Assembly: GCF_000009705.1 (NCBI RefSeq)
Contig: NC_003272.1
Span: forward strand, 1,050,001 to 1,082,000
Source: Nostoc sp. PCC 7120 = FACHB-418
GTDB taxonomy: Bacteria; Cyanobacteriota; Cyanobacteriia; Cyanobacteriales; Nostocaceae
Direction: 5' to 3'
DNA length: 32,000 bases
The notes below the pieces were generated by a model. That model made no database searches and was not told the origin of the DNA. It was given only the letters and a program-made list of their open reading frames with translations. Below are positions 8,947 to 18,679 of this stretch, one piece after another; positions within the stretch are counted from its first letter, which is position 1, and every line of letters begins with the position of its first letter. A program made the translations under genes and the position numbers.

Positions 8947-9852
8947 TTAATGTTTTAATTTATAACTACGAATTACAAATTTTAGTCTCGATTGATAAAC
9001 TCTAGTGACAACGCGAGGCGCTATTTGCAGAGGATCTAGTTGCATTGACCAAAATAAATTGTAAAAAGCTTCACGTTTTAGACCAATTTCATAACATTTG
9101 TTAGCGTGTTCATAGACCAACTTAGCAAACATTTGTGGATGGGCTTGGAAAAGAGATTTATGTTTATGCACTAGCCGTAAAAAGCTTTCCTGGCGAAGCA
9201 TAGGATTACGTGAAACTCTTTGTCCTCCGTGGTTATATAACTGGTAGGTAATGATGGGTAGACCGATAATTGAGCAAGCGGGGTTGAGTCGTAAAAAGAG
9301 TTCTGAGTGAACGCGCGATCGCATTTCCTCATCCCAACCACCGATTTTTTGCAGCACTTCACGCTCAACCACTAGGGTTTGCTTAGTATTGTAAGATTGA
9401 TCGGGTTCGATTTCTTCGAGAAAGAAATGGACACCACGGGGTCGGAGTGGTGGCGGTAAACGTTGACCAAGGACTTTTCCTTGAGCGTTGACTTCTTCTA
9501 AACCCGATATCACCGCTACAGGTGCGGGTAAGGATGTTTGCGATAATGCCTCTAATGATACCTCTGCCATCTGGGGAAGTAGGCGATCGTCATCATCTAA
9601 AAAGGCTACCCATCGACCAAGAGCTGCTTCTAGTCCGACGTTACGCGCTCCTGCACCACCATGAGACTGCAATAAACGAATCAATCGCAACCGGGGATGA
9701 CTAGGTAAGTCTATCGGCTGTGTAGACGCATCATCAACTACAATCACTTCCAAATCCTCCATAGTTTGCTCAAGCGCACTTTGAACAGCATGAGTCACTA
9801 AATGAGGTCGGTTATGAGTGGGAATGATAATGCTGAGTAGGGGATTGCTCAT
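8947..9852 (-). CDS. Glycosyltransferase family 2
   Basis: LSIIIPTHNRP, VVDDAST and FLDDDD motifs of GT-A fold family 2 enzymes. Confidence 0.9.
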   Translation of the reverse strand: MSNPLLSIIIPTHNRPHLVTHAVQSALEQTMEDLEVIVVDDASTQPIDLPSHPRLRLIRLLQSHGGAGARNVGLEAALGRWVAFLDDDDRLLPQMAEVSLEALSQTSLPAPVAVISGLEEVNAQGKVLGQRLPPPLRPRGVHFFLEEIEPDQSYNTKQTLVVEREVLQKIGGWDEEMRSRVHSELFLRLNPACSIIGLPIITYQLYNHGGQRVSRNPMLRQESFLRLVHKHKSLFQAHPQMFAKLVYEHANKCYEIGLKREAFYNLFWSMQLDPLQIAPRVVTRVYQSRLKFVIRSYKLKH

Positions 9853-9867
9853 TTTTCATGTTTTAAT

Positions 9868-11148
9868 TTATTGATTGATGACTTGCCATGTACGTGGTTG
9901 GTAAAATAAACATCTACTGATAGTTTTGTTACTCTTCACAGTAAATCTAAAAGATTCAACAATATCAAAAGACTCTACACCTCGTCTGATATATATTTTT
10001 GCACTGTAGACACCAGGAACAAAGGAGCAGTATGGCATATACATTTGGATTTCTGATGTTCCTGGGAGGATTGTTAAATCTTGGCGATCGCTATGAGAGG
10101 TTATGTATTGAACCAGCCCATTTTCTCCTGACAAAGCCGTTACTAGTATACCTAAGTTTGCTTGCTCGATTTTTTGGTAAGACTTGCATTCTACACACAA
10201 ATAAGCAGATTCACCGGAAAAGGGCGCTTCTAATAAATTACCCTGTTCATCCCTAAAAAAGACAGCAGTAATACTTAAACCTAGACTCTTTGCTTGTGGC
10301 TTTTCAGGTAAAATCATTTTTCCTAACGCACTTTCAGTTCCACTTAAACACAGGTCTTCTTCATATTTACGAATTACGGCTTCCGTCTCACCAGATGTAA
10401 TCAATTGACCTTTTGATAAATAAATTGATGAATCACAAACATTGAGGATACTATGGGAGTTATGAGAAACTAATATAAAAGCTGTGCCATTTTCCCGCAA
10501 TTGTGCTAACTTACGATGACATTTAATTTTAAATTTGGTATCTCCCACTGCGAGAACTTCGTCAATTAATAAAATATCTGGTTCTACATGAACTGCACAA
10601 GCAAATCCTAATCTAGCAGCCATCCCAGAGCTATAGGTTTGTACAGGTGCATCAATAGCATCCCCAATCTCAGAAAAATCTATTACCTCTTGAAATCTTT
10701 CGGCAATTTTTTTAGTAGATAGACCCAGAATTGCCATATTTGCATAAATATTTTCTCGCCCTGTCAAAATAGGATTAAATCCTGCTCCCAAGGCGATTAG
10801 TGGAGCGACTCTACCTCTCACTTTCACGGAACCAGTGTCAGGTTTAATTAGACCACTAATGATCCGTAGGAGTGTACTTTTACCAGCACCATTTGAGCCG
10901 ACTAAACCTAATGCTTCTCCCCGTCGTAACTGAAAGCTGACATCTTTGAGCGCCCAAAACTCTTTTCGACGCAACGTATCACTGTTTCTATTACCTCCGG
11001 ATAATTCGGCGGTAATATCTTGAAGACCATATAATAAGGATTTTTTTAAGTCTCTACAGAATTTTTTAGAAACATTATCAACTGAAATTAATAAATCAGT
11101 ATCTTGAGAATTTACGTAATTTTTCGGCTCTATTAACTTAATCATCAT
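9868..11148 (-). CDS. wzt: Polysaccharide/O-antigen ABC exporter ATP-binding protein (Wzt-type) with C-terminal extension
   Basis: Walker A GSNGAGKST, signature YSSGMAARLGFA and Walker B LLIDEVLAVGD. About 150 extra C-terminal residues resemble the Wzt glycan-binding beta-sandwich domain. The start overlaps the wzm stop by 1 nt. Confidence 0.9.
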   Translation of the reverse strand: MMIKLIEPKNYVNSQDTDLLISVDNVSKKFCRDLKKSLLYGLQDITAELSGGNRNSDTLRRKEFWALKDVSFQLRRGEALGLVGSNGAGKSTLLRIISGLIKPDTGSVKVRGRVAPLIALGAGFNPILTGRENIYANMAILGLSTKKIAERFQEVIDFSEIGDAIDAPVQTYSSGMAARLGFACAVHVEPDILLIDEVLAVGDTKFKIKCHRKLAQLRENGTAFILVSHNSHSILNVCDSSIYLSKGQLITSGETEAVIRKYEEDLCLSGTESALGKMILPEKPQAKSLGLSITAVFFRDEQGNLLEAPFSGESAYLCVECKSYQKIEQANLGILVTALSGENGLVQYITSHSDRQDLTILPGTSEIQMYMPYCSFVPGVYSAKIYIRRGVESFDIVESFRFTVKSNKTISRCLFYQPRTWQVINQ

Positions 11149-11993
11149 TAAGAACTAACTCTCTCAACCACAAAAGGCATAGCTAAACGAAATCCAACCC
11201 AAGTTATGAATAATGCCACAAGAGTGATTGCACTCACCACCCAAAAGCCATGAGGATGGGATACTACTCCTGTTGTAGCTAATTCTCTGATTGTCACTAA
11301 TAAAGGAGTGACCGGGTTGAAATTAACCAACCACCCAAAGATTCCCGCTTTAGGAACTGGATAAATTACAGGAGTGAGGAACAGCCAAAACCCCGTAACA
11401 AGGGATAGTGCTTTGGACACATCTTGATAGAGTACTCCTAATGGGGCTAATAAAATACCAATAAATGTTCCCAACAAAATTAAGTGAATTAGTGGAACTG
11501 GAGTTAAAATCACAGTCCAATTGGTGGGAATGCGAAACCAGATAAACAATCCCACAATTAAAATTAGCTTGATGGCAAAGTTAAAAAATACTTCGCCTAC
11601 CTTTGCTAAAATCAGTGCTTCTCGTGGAAAGTTAACTCTGGCTAACATGGGTCTGGCTGCTGATACTGCTTGTACAGGCCCGTTTAAAGCTTCAACAAAT
11701 GTCTGCCACAATGCAGTGCTGAACATGACATAAGCTGGGTAAGGTAAATCCGTGACACCAATATTAATTACTTTGGCTTCATTAGCTAGGGTAAAACTAG
11801 TAGCCATAACAATTGGTGGTAAGAAAGCCCAAGCAATTCCTAAAAACGATTGGCGATATTGAGCGCTGATATCCCTGACCATCAATCGCCAAGCTAGTTC
11901 ACGAGAAGCTAGCAAGTCTCGCCACATGAGTTTGAACAATTGTATCGGATGCCTAAGCATACTCTCAGGCTGATAAACTATCTCAGGCAGCAT
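11148..11993 (-). CDS. wzm: ABC-2 type polysaccharide exporter permease (Wzm-type)
   Basis: Six-TM-like hydrophobic profile and an ABC-2 family N-terminus (LWRDLLASRELAWRLMVRDISAQYRQSFLGIAW). Translationally coupled to the ATPase gene. Confidence 0.9.
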   Translation of the reverse strand: MLPEIVYQPESMLRHPIQLFKLMWRDLLASRELAWRLMVRDISAQYRQSFLGIAWAFLPPIVMATSFTLANEAKVINIGVTDLPYPAYVMFSTALWQTFVEALNGPVQAVSAARPMLARVNFPREALILAKVGEVFFNFAIKLILIVGLFIWFRIPTNWTVILTPVPLIHLILLGTFIGILLAPLGVLYQDVSKALSLVTGFWLFLTPVIYPVPKAGIFGWLVNFNPVTPLLVTIRELATTGVVSHPHGFWVVSAITLVALFITWVGFRLAMPFVVERVSS

Positions 11994-12148
11994 GATTGTG
12001 GAACCTCAAGATTTGTAAGGTAATGATTTAAGTAGTAATTCAGAGATCGTTTTTGACCCTTTGTTCTGAAAATACTTGTTTTGGGGTATGGGAGTTGATA
12101 AAAGTTTGATGTTGTATCCTATCGTTTATCAATCACGAAAGGATAATA

Positions 12149-13171
12149 TTATGACAAATTTTGCAAGTGTTTTTGAGCGTAACGGGTAGTAATATAACGG
12201 TTAACAACCTTGTCTATGGTTAGCAGCAGTTTACCTACTACTCGCCAGCCAAATTTGCCTATAGGTAATTTACGGACAAAAGGGCTGATAAGTGCCATTT
12301 GTCGCCGCCATCCCAAGCGTTTGTACTTATTTTTAAAGTACTCGTCTTCCGTGAGGTTCCACTTTTCACTCAAGCGTTTGAGGCTGGCTAATTCCCAAGC
12401 ATCACTCCAACGCAGCATATAGTAATTGATGTCTGTCTGCTCTAGAGGTTTGCTGGTTATGTAAGTCATGACAGACTCTGGTTCCAGATAGACTGTACCA
12501 CCAGCGTCAGCTACTAAGATACATAAATCAACGTGTTCTTTGGTGTTTAGCAGGGCTTCATCTAACAGACCAATTTGTTGAAATATTTCTGTGCGTACCA
12601 TCATGCAGTGAAACTCTGCTAGTCCGGTTTGTTGGCGTTGTAGATGGGGAAGGACATCAGCTACCTTTCGACCTTGTTTATAAATCTTCTCAATCATCTT
12701 GCGTCTGGTGATGCCGCCTTTAGTTTCTACCTTAATTCTTGATTCCCCACCTGCACAATGTACTTCTGTGTGTAGAGGAGAACCTTGGCAAATCAAGGGA
12801 CTAACTATAGTTGCGCCTGTTTCTTCGGCACAATGCACTAAAGGCTTGAGCCAGCCAGGGGTTACTACCACATCGTTATCAATGAAGACTACATATTTGG
12901 TAGTTACTTGACCCAGACCAAGGTTGCGAGCATGGTTTGGTGAGAGATAGTAATCTGTGCGAATTAGCTGAAATTGCTTTTGCTGTGCTTGTTCTGCCAA
13001 ATATTTCTGGATATGTCTGGGGGAAGCACCATCTATATAAATTAGTTGGAATGGATAATCGCTATTTTCGTAAATGCTTTCTAAGGCTTCACGGGTGCAA
13101 CTGAAACGTTCCCGTGGAGAAACAATGATTGTTACGTCGGGAGTGGCTGATGAGTTTGTCATCTCCATCAA
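12149..13171 (-). CDS. Glycosyltransferase, family 2-like (GT-A fold)
   Basis: N-terminal VTIIVSPRERF, YIDGASP and DxD-type FIDNDVVV. Same strand and cluster as the exporter. Confidence 0.8.
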   Translation of the reverse strand: MMEMTNSSATPDVTIIVSPRERFSCTREALESIYENSDYPFQLIYIDGASPRHIQKYLAEQAQQKQFQLIRTDYYLSPNHARNLGLGQVTTKYVVFIDNDVVVTPGWLKPLVHCAEETGATIVSPLICQGSPLHTEVHCAGGESRIKVETKGGITRRKMIEKIYKQGRKVADVLPHLQRQQTGLAEFHCMMVRTEIFQQIGLLDEALLNTKEHVDLCILVADAGGTVYLEPESVMTYITSKPLEQTDINYYMLRWSDAWELASLKRLSEKWNLTEDEYFKNKYKRLGWRRQMALISPFVRKLPIGKFGWRVVGKLLLTIDKVVNRYITTRYAQKHLQNLS

Positions 13172-13223
13172 TATCCTTTGGTATTATGGGGTGGAAAATC
13201 AAGGCTGATAAGTTTTGTAAGCT

Positions 13224-14513
13224 TTATTGCAAAGCCACGACTGAAGCTAAAACTGGCTCTTGAGTAGGGAAATTATTCATCATTACTTGGCGATAAATCT
13301 CTACAAGCTCATCATTAAGCTTGTTCATGTCATAGTGTGATTCTACATAAGCACGACCAGCACGACCCATTGATGACCAAATTGCTGGATGCTCTATCAA
13401 ATCAATGAGTTTTTTAGCTATAGCCTCAGCATCTCGTTCCGGTACGAGAAAACCAGAAATCCCATCTTCAACTAGTTCGGGAATACCACCGTGAGTGGTA
13501 GCTATGACTGGTAAACCCATAATCATAGCTTCTTTTAGGGTATTAACTGGAGCATCTTGATTGCCATCTTTAGCTGTCACACTGGGAGCTATAAAAATGT
13601 CTGATTGATCCAGAATTTTAATGATTTCTGGCTGTGTTTTCCAGCCTACTAATTTGACTTTATCTGTAATATCTAATGACTGGATTAGTTGTTGTAAAGT
13701 TTCTTTTAACTCTCCATCTCCAATAATTTGGTATTCGATATTGGGATAAAATTGCAAAACCTTAGCTACAGCACAAATGCCATATTCTATACCTTTTTTT
13801 TCGATGAGACGACCAGTGGTGGCAATGCGAATTTTTTGACCTGGATGTAAATATCTATCTTTAAAAGGAAAGCGACTGCAATCTATTCCTGAACCATGTA
13901 CGACAATTTTTTTTGGGTCGCAACCTAATTGGATAGCCCTGCTTTTAAAATATTCACAATTTGTTAAGAAAAAATCTCCTTTAGCAAATAGTTGGTCGTA
14001 AACATTATTACCATATTGTTGCACAAACCAACTGATATCATAGCCACGAAACGACGTAATCAACTTACCTTTGATCGCACCAATATCACGCAGTATCATG
14101 CCATCAATTGCGAGTGTGCCAAACTGACAGTGAATAATGTCATAGGCTGGAGCTTTTATCAAATTGAGCGCTAGGTATAGTAAACGTAAGGAGACTGCTC
14201 GTCTACCATACTGGAAAAAATTTAGCGATCGCAGAATTACTAAAGGTGATCTATGAAAATTAATAGCTATTAATCTTATAGCTTGTAAAACACGCAAAAA
14301 ATAATTTTTAGGAATTTGTGGATGATTGCGTGTGATATCAAGTAAATGATAATTTTCTACATCTGGATGTATTTTGTGGGAATCATTTGGGCTGATATTA
14401 TTACTACTATAAATATCAACTTTATGTCCACGTACCATCAGCCCAACAATTTGATTGACAACGAACGTTTCTGAAATAACTGGAAATTTGTCAACTAAAA
14501 CAGCAATCTTCAT
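13224..14513 (-). CDS. Glycosyltransferase family 4 (GT-B fold, GT1 clan)
   Basis: N-terminus MKIAVLVDKFPVISETFV and a C-terminal E-x7-E region (EAMIMGLPVIATTHGGIPELVEDGISGFLV). Confidence 0.9.
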   Translation of the reverse strand: MKIAVLVDKFPVISETFVVNQIVGLMVRGHKVDIYSSNNISPNDSHKIHPDVENYHLLDITRNHPQIPKNYFLRVLQAIRLIAINFHRSPLVILRSLNFFQYGRRAVSLRLLYLALNLIKAPAYDIIHCQFGTLAIDGMILRDIGAIKGKLITSFRGYDISWFVQQYGNNVYDQLFAKGDFFLTNCEYFKSRAIQLGCDPKKIVVHGSGIDCSRFPFKDRYLHPGQKIRIATTGRLIEKKGIEYGICAVAKVLQFYPNIEYQIIGDGELKETLQQLIQSLDITDKVKLVGWKTQPEIIKILDQSDIFIAPSVTAKDGNQDAPVNTLKEAMIMGLPVIATTHGGIPELVEDGISGFLVPERDAEAIAKKLIDLIEHPAIWSSMGRAGRAYVESHYDMNKLNDELVEIYRQVMMNNFPTQEPVLASVVALQ

Positions 14514-14917
14514 GTTTTTATCTCAACTCTTCATCACCATAAGCTTGCAATAATTTACCTAAGTAAACCTGAAAAGTTGCACCCAATTTAAAATATTTAA
14601 TTGCTCTTATTCGACACGAATGAGTATATATCATGATTTATGATTGTTCAATAGAAAAACAGAGAATCTCTCTGGAGATAGATTTTTAAATATCAGTAGA
14701 AAAATCATATAATGTAGTTTTTTTGATGAACATTAATTACTAGCGTATTACGTAGATATTCAGTGTTAGCTAAACTTGCTGATTTATTGGTAAGATATCT
14801 ATAATCTTTTTTTAACCAAAATGTATTAATTTCATAATGTATTCTTAACTGCACTGTATTGGTTTATATTGCATAGATAAGAACTTCTGGAAGAAAGATA
14901 AACTTGATAATATTTAT

Positions 14918-16459
14918 ATGTCTCTAACCGAAGAAATTCTCTCCCAACTACCAGGGGATGTTTTAGGAAATTTACGCCATGCTGATGATGTACTCAAATC
15001 TATTCGAGAAAATACTGCACTGACACCCTCAGTAGTTAAAGAAAGCCCAGCAACCTTAGGTACTGTAGACTGGGACGCAATTATTTGTGGTGGTACATTA
15101 GGCATTTTAATTGGTTGTGCCTTAGCGGTGCGGGGGTTGCGGGTGGCGTTACTGGAGAGAGGTACTTTGCGGGGTAGGGAACAAGAGTGGAATATCTCCC
15201 GTAAAGAGTTAGAAGTCTTTGTGGAGTTGAATCTGCTGACACAAGAGGAGTTAAAGAAAGCGATCGCCACTGAATATAATCCAGCCAGAGTCCAATTTAA
15301 GGATGGTGCAGAGGTTTGGGTCAAGGATGTCTTAAATATTGGTGTAGATCCAGTTTATTTACTAGCTACCTTAAAACAAAAATTTTTAGATGCTGGTGGT
15401 CAGTTATTTGAACATACACCTTTTACAGAAGTAGTCGTTCATTCTGATGGGGTGATAGTCAATCAGCAATTCACCGCTAAATTATTGATAGATGCAATGG
15501 GACACCTTTCCCCCATCACCAAACAAGCACGCCAAGGCAAAAAACCAGATGCACTTTGCTTAGTGGTGGGTAGTTGCGCTCAAGGTTTTAGTGAAAATCC
15601 TGCTGGAGATTTAATTTTATCTTTTACATCTTTGCAGAACCAATGTCAGTATTTTTGGGAAGCCTTCCCCGCTAGAGATGGTAGGACAACATATCTATTC
15701 ACTTACATGGATGCTCATCCCCAACGCTTGAGCTTAGAAGACTTGTTTGGAGAATATTTGCGCCTATTACCAGAATACCAAGGTGTAGAATTACAGCAGT
15801 TAAAATTTCAAAGAGCCTTGTTTGGATTTTTTCCTAGCGATCGCCAAAGTCCACTAAAAACACCCTGGAACCGTATCCTACCAGTAGGAGACAGTAGCGG
15901 TAATCAATCACCCCTAAGTTTTGGCGGTTTTGGTGCAATGGTACGCCACCTGAAGCGTTTAACATTAGGTACACAGGAAGCCTTGCAAACTGAGCAATTA
16001 TCAGCCACAGCACTAGCACTATTGCAACCATATCAACCAAGCCTTAGTGTTACTTGGTTATTTCAAAAAGCTATGAGCGTTGGTGTCAATCAAAATATTG
16101 CTCCAGAGCAAATTAACCAACTGCTATCAACGGTGTTTCAAGAAATGGAACAACTAGGAACACCCGTATTAAAACCTTTTTTACAAGATATAGTCCAATT
16201 TTCGGCATTGACACAAACACTAGCAAAGACTGGCTTATCTCATCCAGCATTGGTTGCCAAAATAATTCCTCAAGTAGGTTTAGTCAATCTATTAGATTGG
16301 CTAGTGCATTACACCAACTTAGGCATTTATACTGCGTTGTTCGCACTAAGTCCAACCTTAGAAACCTGGATCAAAAATTTTCCACCTACGCAACAATACT
16401 ATTGGCATCGTTTAATGGATGCTTGGAAATTCGGTTCTGGCGCTGATTATAACGTTTAA
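14918..16459 (+). CDS. FAD/NAD(P)-binding oxidoreductase, lycopene-cyclase-family-like (possibly CruP-like)
   Basis: Rossmann dinucleotide-binding motif DAIICGGTLGILIGCALAVRGLRVALLERG and a second GD motif (PVGDSSG). The CruP assignment is from memory only. Confidence 0.8.
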   Translation: MSLTEEILSQLPGDVLGNLRHADDVLKSIRENTALTPSVVKESPATLGTVDWDAIICGGTLGILIGCALAVRGLRVALLERGTLRGREQEWNISRKELEVFVELNLLTQEELKKAIATEYNPARVQFKDGAEVWVKDVLNIGVDPVYLLATLKQKFLDAGGQLFEHTPFTEVVVHSDGVIVNQQFTAKLLIDAMGHLSPITKQARQGKKPDALCLVVGSCAQGFSENPAGDLILSFTSLQNQCQYFWEAFPARDGRTTYLFTYMDAHPQRLSLEDLFGEYLRLLPEYQGVELQQLKFQRALFGFFPSDRQSPLKTPWNRILPVGDSSGNQSPLSFGGFGAMVRHLKRLTLGTQEALQTEQLSATALALLQPYQPSLSVTWLFQKAMSVGVNQNIAPEQINQLLSTVFQEMEQLGTPVLKPFLQDIVQFSALTQTLAKTGLSHPALVAKIIPQVGLVNLLDWLVHYTNLGIYTALFALSPTLETWIKNFPPTQQYYWHRLMDAWKFGSGADYNV

Positions 16460-16487
16460 ATCCCCACTCCTTTATGGGTGGGGATTT
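16458..16487. terminator. Bidirectional intrinsic terminator hairpin between convergent genes
   Basis: AAATCCCCAC (16458-16467) pairs perfectly with GTGGGGATTT (16478-16487) around a 10-nt loop. A/T runs on both sides give a U-tract on either strand. Confidence 0.6.
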
Positions 16488-16515
16488 GGTAATGGGTAAT
16501 AGGCTAATTACCCAT
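16488..16515. repeat. STRR heptamers (GGTAATG type) arranged as a hairpin
   Basis: GGTAATG GGTAATA is followed by the inverted ATTACCCAT. ATGGGTAAT (16492-16500) pairs with ATTACCCAT (16507-16515). Confidence 0.75.
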
Positions 16516-16559
16516 GATTGATTCTTTGATGGAGTATGGCGATCGCTAGTTTGCTAGAC

Positions 16560-16910
16560 TTACACACCTACCCAAATACTGCCTTCTTCCACACGGGTAG
16601 GAAAGACAGATAATCCCTTTTCTTTAGAAATCATACCCATCACTTTCCCAATACCGGGAGGAAAGGGAGTCCACTCAGTAGGATTACCACTAGTCAGGTC
16701 AAAGGCGCTCCGGTGAAAAGGACAAACAATCGCTCCATCATCTGTAATTTTGCCCTTTTGTAAAGGTAGCTTCAAGTGGGGACAGGAATTTTCCACCGCA
16801 AACACTTGGTTGTTATGGTTCAGTAGCAAGATGTTCCGTTGTTCAACCTTGACCACTTTACGCCCATTGGGTGGTAATTCATCCTGGCCAATAACTTTAA
16901 TCCAGTTCAT
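16560..16910 (-). CDS. Rieske [2Fe-2S] domain protein
   Basis: CPHLKLPL ... CPFHRSAF matches the CxH...CxxH Rieske cluster ligands. The 116-aa size is typical of stand-alone Rieske ferredoxins. Confidence 0.9.
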   Translation of the reverse strand: MNWIKVIGQDELPPNGRKVVKVEQRNILLLNHNNQVFAVENSCPHLKLPLQKGKITDDGAIVCPFHRSAFDLTSGNPTEWTPFPPGIGKVMGMISKEKGLSVFPTRVEEGSIWVGV

Positions 16911-17405
16911 TGATACCTCTCTTATCGATCAGCCTGTTAAGTACATCATTTCACAAGTTTGTGACTGTATATAGTAATGAGGGGTAGATAAGAGCAACTA
17001 AGGTTAAGTCTTTAACGATTGATACAGCTATAATTTTCATGAAATCTTATCAATAAATCGAGTAAATTTAATAGTTTTTTATGTATTTATGATGTATTTA
17101 AATTTGCACATTCTTTATTTAACACAAGTAAAACAAAGAATACGTAAAGATTTTCCTTATACAATAAATTGCTTTATAAAACTCTTTTAATAAGAAGCTG
17201 AATTAAAGCTTATATCTTACAGTAACTTTAAATAACCTCTATATCTATAGAATAATTTACATCATATTTTATTGAAACCCAATCGGATAAATCATTAGTG
17301 AGATTCACACAAAAAATAAACTCACTTTCAGGATATTTACGGGTCACTGTCAGTATTTTCATGGAACATAATAGATGACATAGCAAGTAAACCAAAGTAA
17401 AAACC

Positions 17406-18212
17406 ATGAAAACTAAAAACTTATATATAACTGTTGGATTGCTTTTCAGTACAATACTAGCTACAGCTAATTCTGCTCAAGCGGCTAGTTTCACCAGTAA
17501 TGTCAGTCAGAACACTAATCCCAAGGCTAATGTTTTCTTGAATTCTATTACTCAAAATGGCAAAACCTTCAGCAATTTCTCTTATGTAAACAGCGCCAAT
17601 ATATTGTTCAATACTGACAGAAGTGTCACCATTGCACCACTTAATGAGGGCGGTGCTAGTACTGATAAAGGAGATAATGCCAATGCTCCCTTAGCAACTA
17701 ACGAAGAGCCAACAGGTGCTGAGATTGCTGCATACTTAGGTAACAATAACCTGAACAATATTATTGATACTGAAGATACAGGTTCTTTTGAGATTGATAT
17801 CTTCTTTGAGCATAAAATAATCAAAGATAACACCGGACTGGATAATATCTTTTATTGGGAACGTGGACAGAATAGCTCCATCGGTATTCAGGCCATTGAT
17901 CATTTGGGAAATACCATCGGTAATTTCATCACTATTACTAAAAATGATCTCACTTACGCTAACTTCGACATTAACACTAGAGAAATTGCTAGCGCTCAAC
18001 CTGTTGGTTCTGTAGGTATCAGTCTCGACTTATTGGGAGTAACTAGCTTGAGTGGTTTAAAACTCACAGCACATAGTGGCCATCATGGCCCTGACTTCAA
18101 ATTCATTGCCAGAAAAACAACACCAGAACCAACAACTGTTCTGGGTTTAGGCGCAGTAGCAACCCTTGCTTTCTTACGCCGTCGCCAATTCAAGCTTAAT
18201 TCTGTTAAATAA
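17406..18212 (+). CDS. Secreted PEP-CTERM sorting-domain protein
   Basis: Signal peptide (…TANSAQA/AS). The C-terminus has PEP, a hydrophobic helix (TTVLGLGAVATLAFL) and a basic cluster (RRRQFK). Confidence 0.85.
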   Translation: MKTKNLYITVGLLFSTILATANSAQAASFTSNVSQNTNPKANVFLNSITQNGKTFSNFSYVNSANILFNTDRSVTIAPLNEGGASTDKGDNANAPLATNEEPTGAEIAAYLGNNNLNNIIDTEDTGSFEIDIFFEHKIIKDNTGLDNIFYWERGQNSSIGIQAIDHLGNTIGNFITITKNDLTYANFDINTREIASAQPVGSVGISLDLLGVTSLSGLKLTAHSGHHGPDFKFIARKTTPEPTTVLGLGAVATLAFLRRRQFKLNSVK

Positions 18213-18243
18213 TCATGATGAGCTACCTATAGCAAGACGGATG

Positions 18244-18287
18244 AAACAGTGAGCGAAGAAATTAGTTATCAGCTCACTGTTTTTTTA
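18244..18287 (+). terminator. Intrinsic terminator downstream of the PEP-CTERM gene
   Basis: AAACAGTGAGC (18244-18254) pairs with GCTCACTGTTT (18272-18282) and is followed by a T-run to about 18286. Confidence 0.7.
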
Positions 18288-18475
18288 TATGCCCCTGAAC
18301 CCATACAATTGAGATATATTTTTAAACATTCTTCCTTCATCTCATTACTGTAAGTTCTTGAAGGTTAGCAGTTATCAATAAACTTGCGACCACAACTAAC
18401 ACATATGTAATTCTATTTACCACTTTTTCTCCCGTTATTACGGATATGGATTGAATCACAACTGGGACAATTCAT
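18285..18475 (-). pseudogene. IS1-family-like transposase N-terminal fragment (zinc ribbon + start of HTH), disrupted
   Basis: The minus strand reads MNCPSCDSIHIRNNGRKSGK*NYICVSCGRKFIDNC*PSRTYSNEMKEECLKIYLNCMGSGAYKK. This is a CxxC...CxxC InsA-type zinc ribbon with two in-frame stops. No downstream transposase body is present. Confidence 0.55.
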
Positions 18476-18679
18476 ATTCAAGTACCTACTAATTGATACT
18501 CCATTATGCAACGCCGAAAAATAGCTGTACTGAGCGGTTAATTTTAGTTTCAGACCATCAAACAGCAAAAACGCTGGTTTGAACTGTAAAATATTAATCA
18601 TTACTCATACAGTCGCCATTATTCATGTACTTTGCCATAATTAATAACTAAATTGCTAATGAGGCATAGCAGCTGAATA

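Noticed and set aside
8301-14174. Short ORFs at 8301-8507, 9171-9368, 9522-9704, 9999-10256, 11521-11733, 12210-12422, 12699-12911 and 13992-14174
   Set aside because: Each is embedded in a longer, motif-bearing glycosyltransferase or ABC-exporter gene, antisense or out of frame.
14914-15324. 136-aa minus-strand ORF overlapping the start of the oxidoreductase gene
   Set aside because: It is antisense to a frame containing a clear Rossmann FAD-binding motif. The sequence is S/T/P-rich and unstructured, and no RBS is visible.
18413-18601. 62-aa ORF taken as an intact gene
   Set aside because: Only its last 20 codons (MNCPSCDS...) are meaningful. They continue across a stop codon into further transposase-like sequence, so I treat it as a pseudogene fragment.
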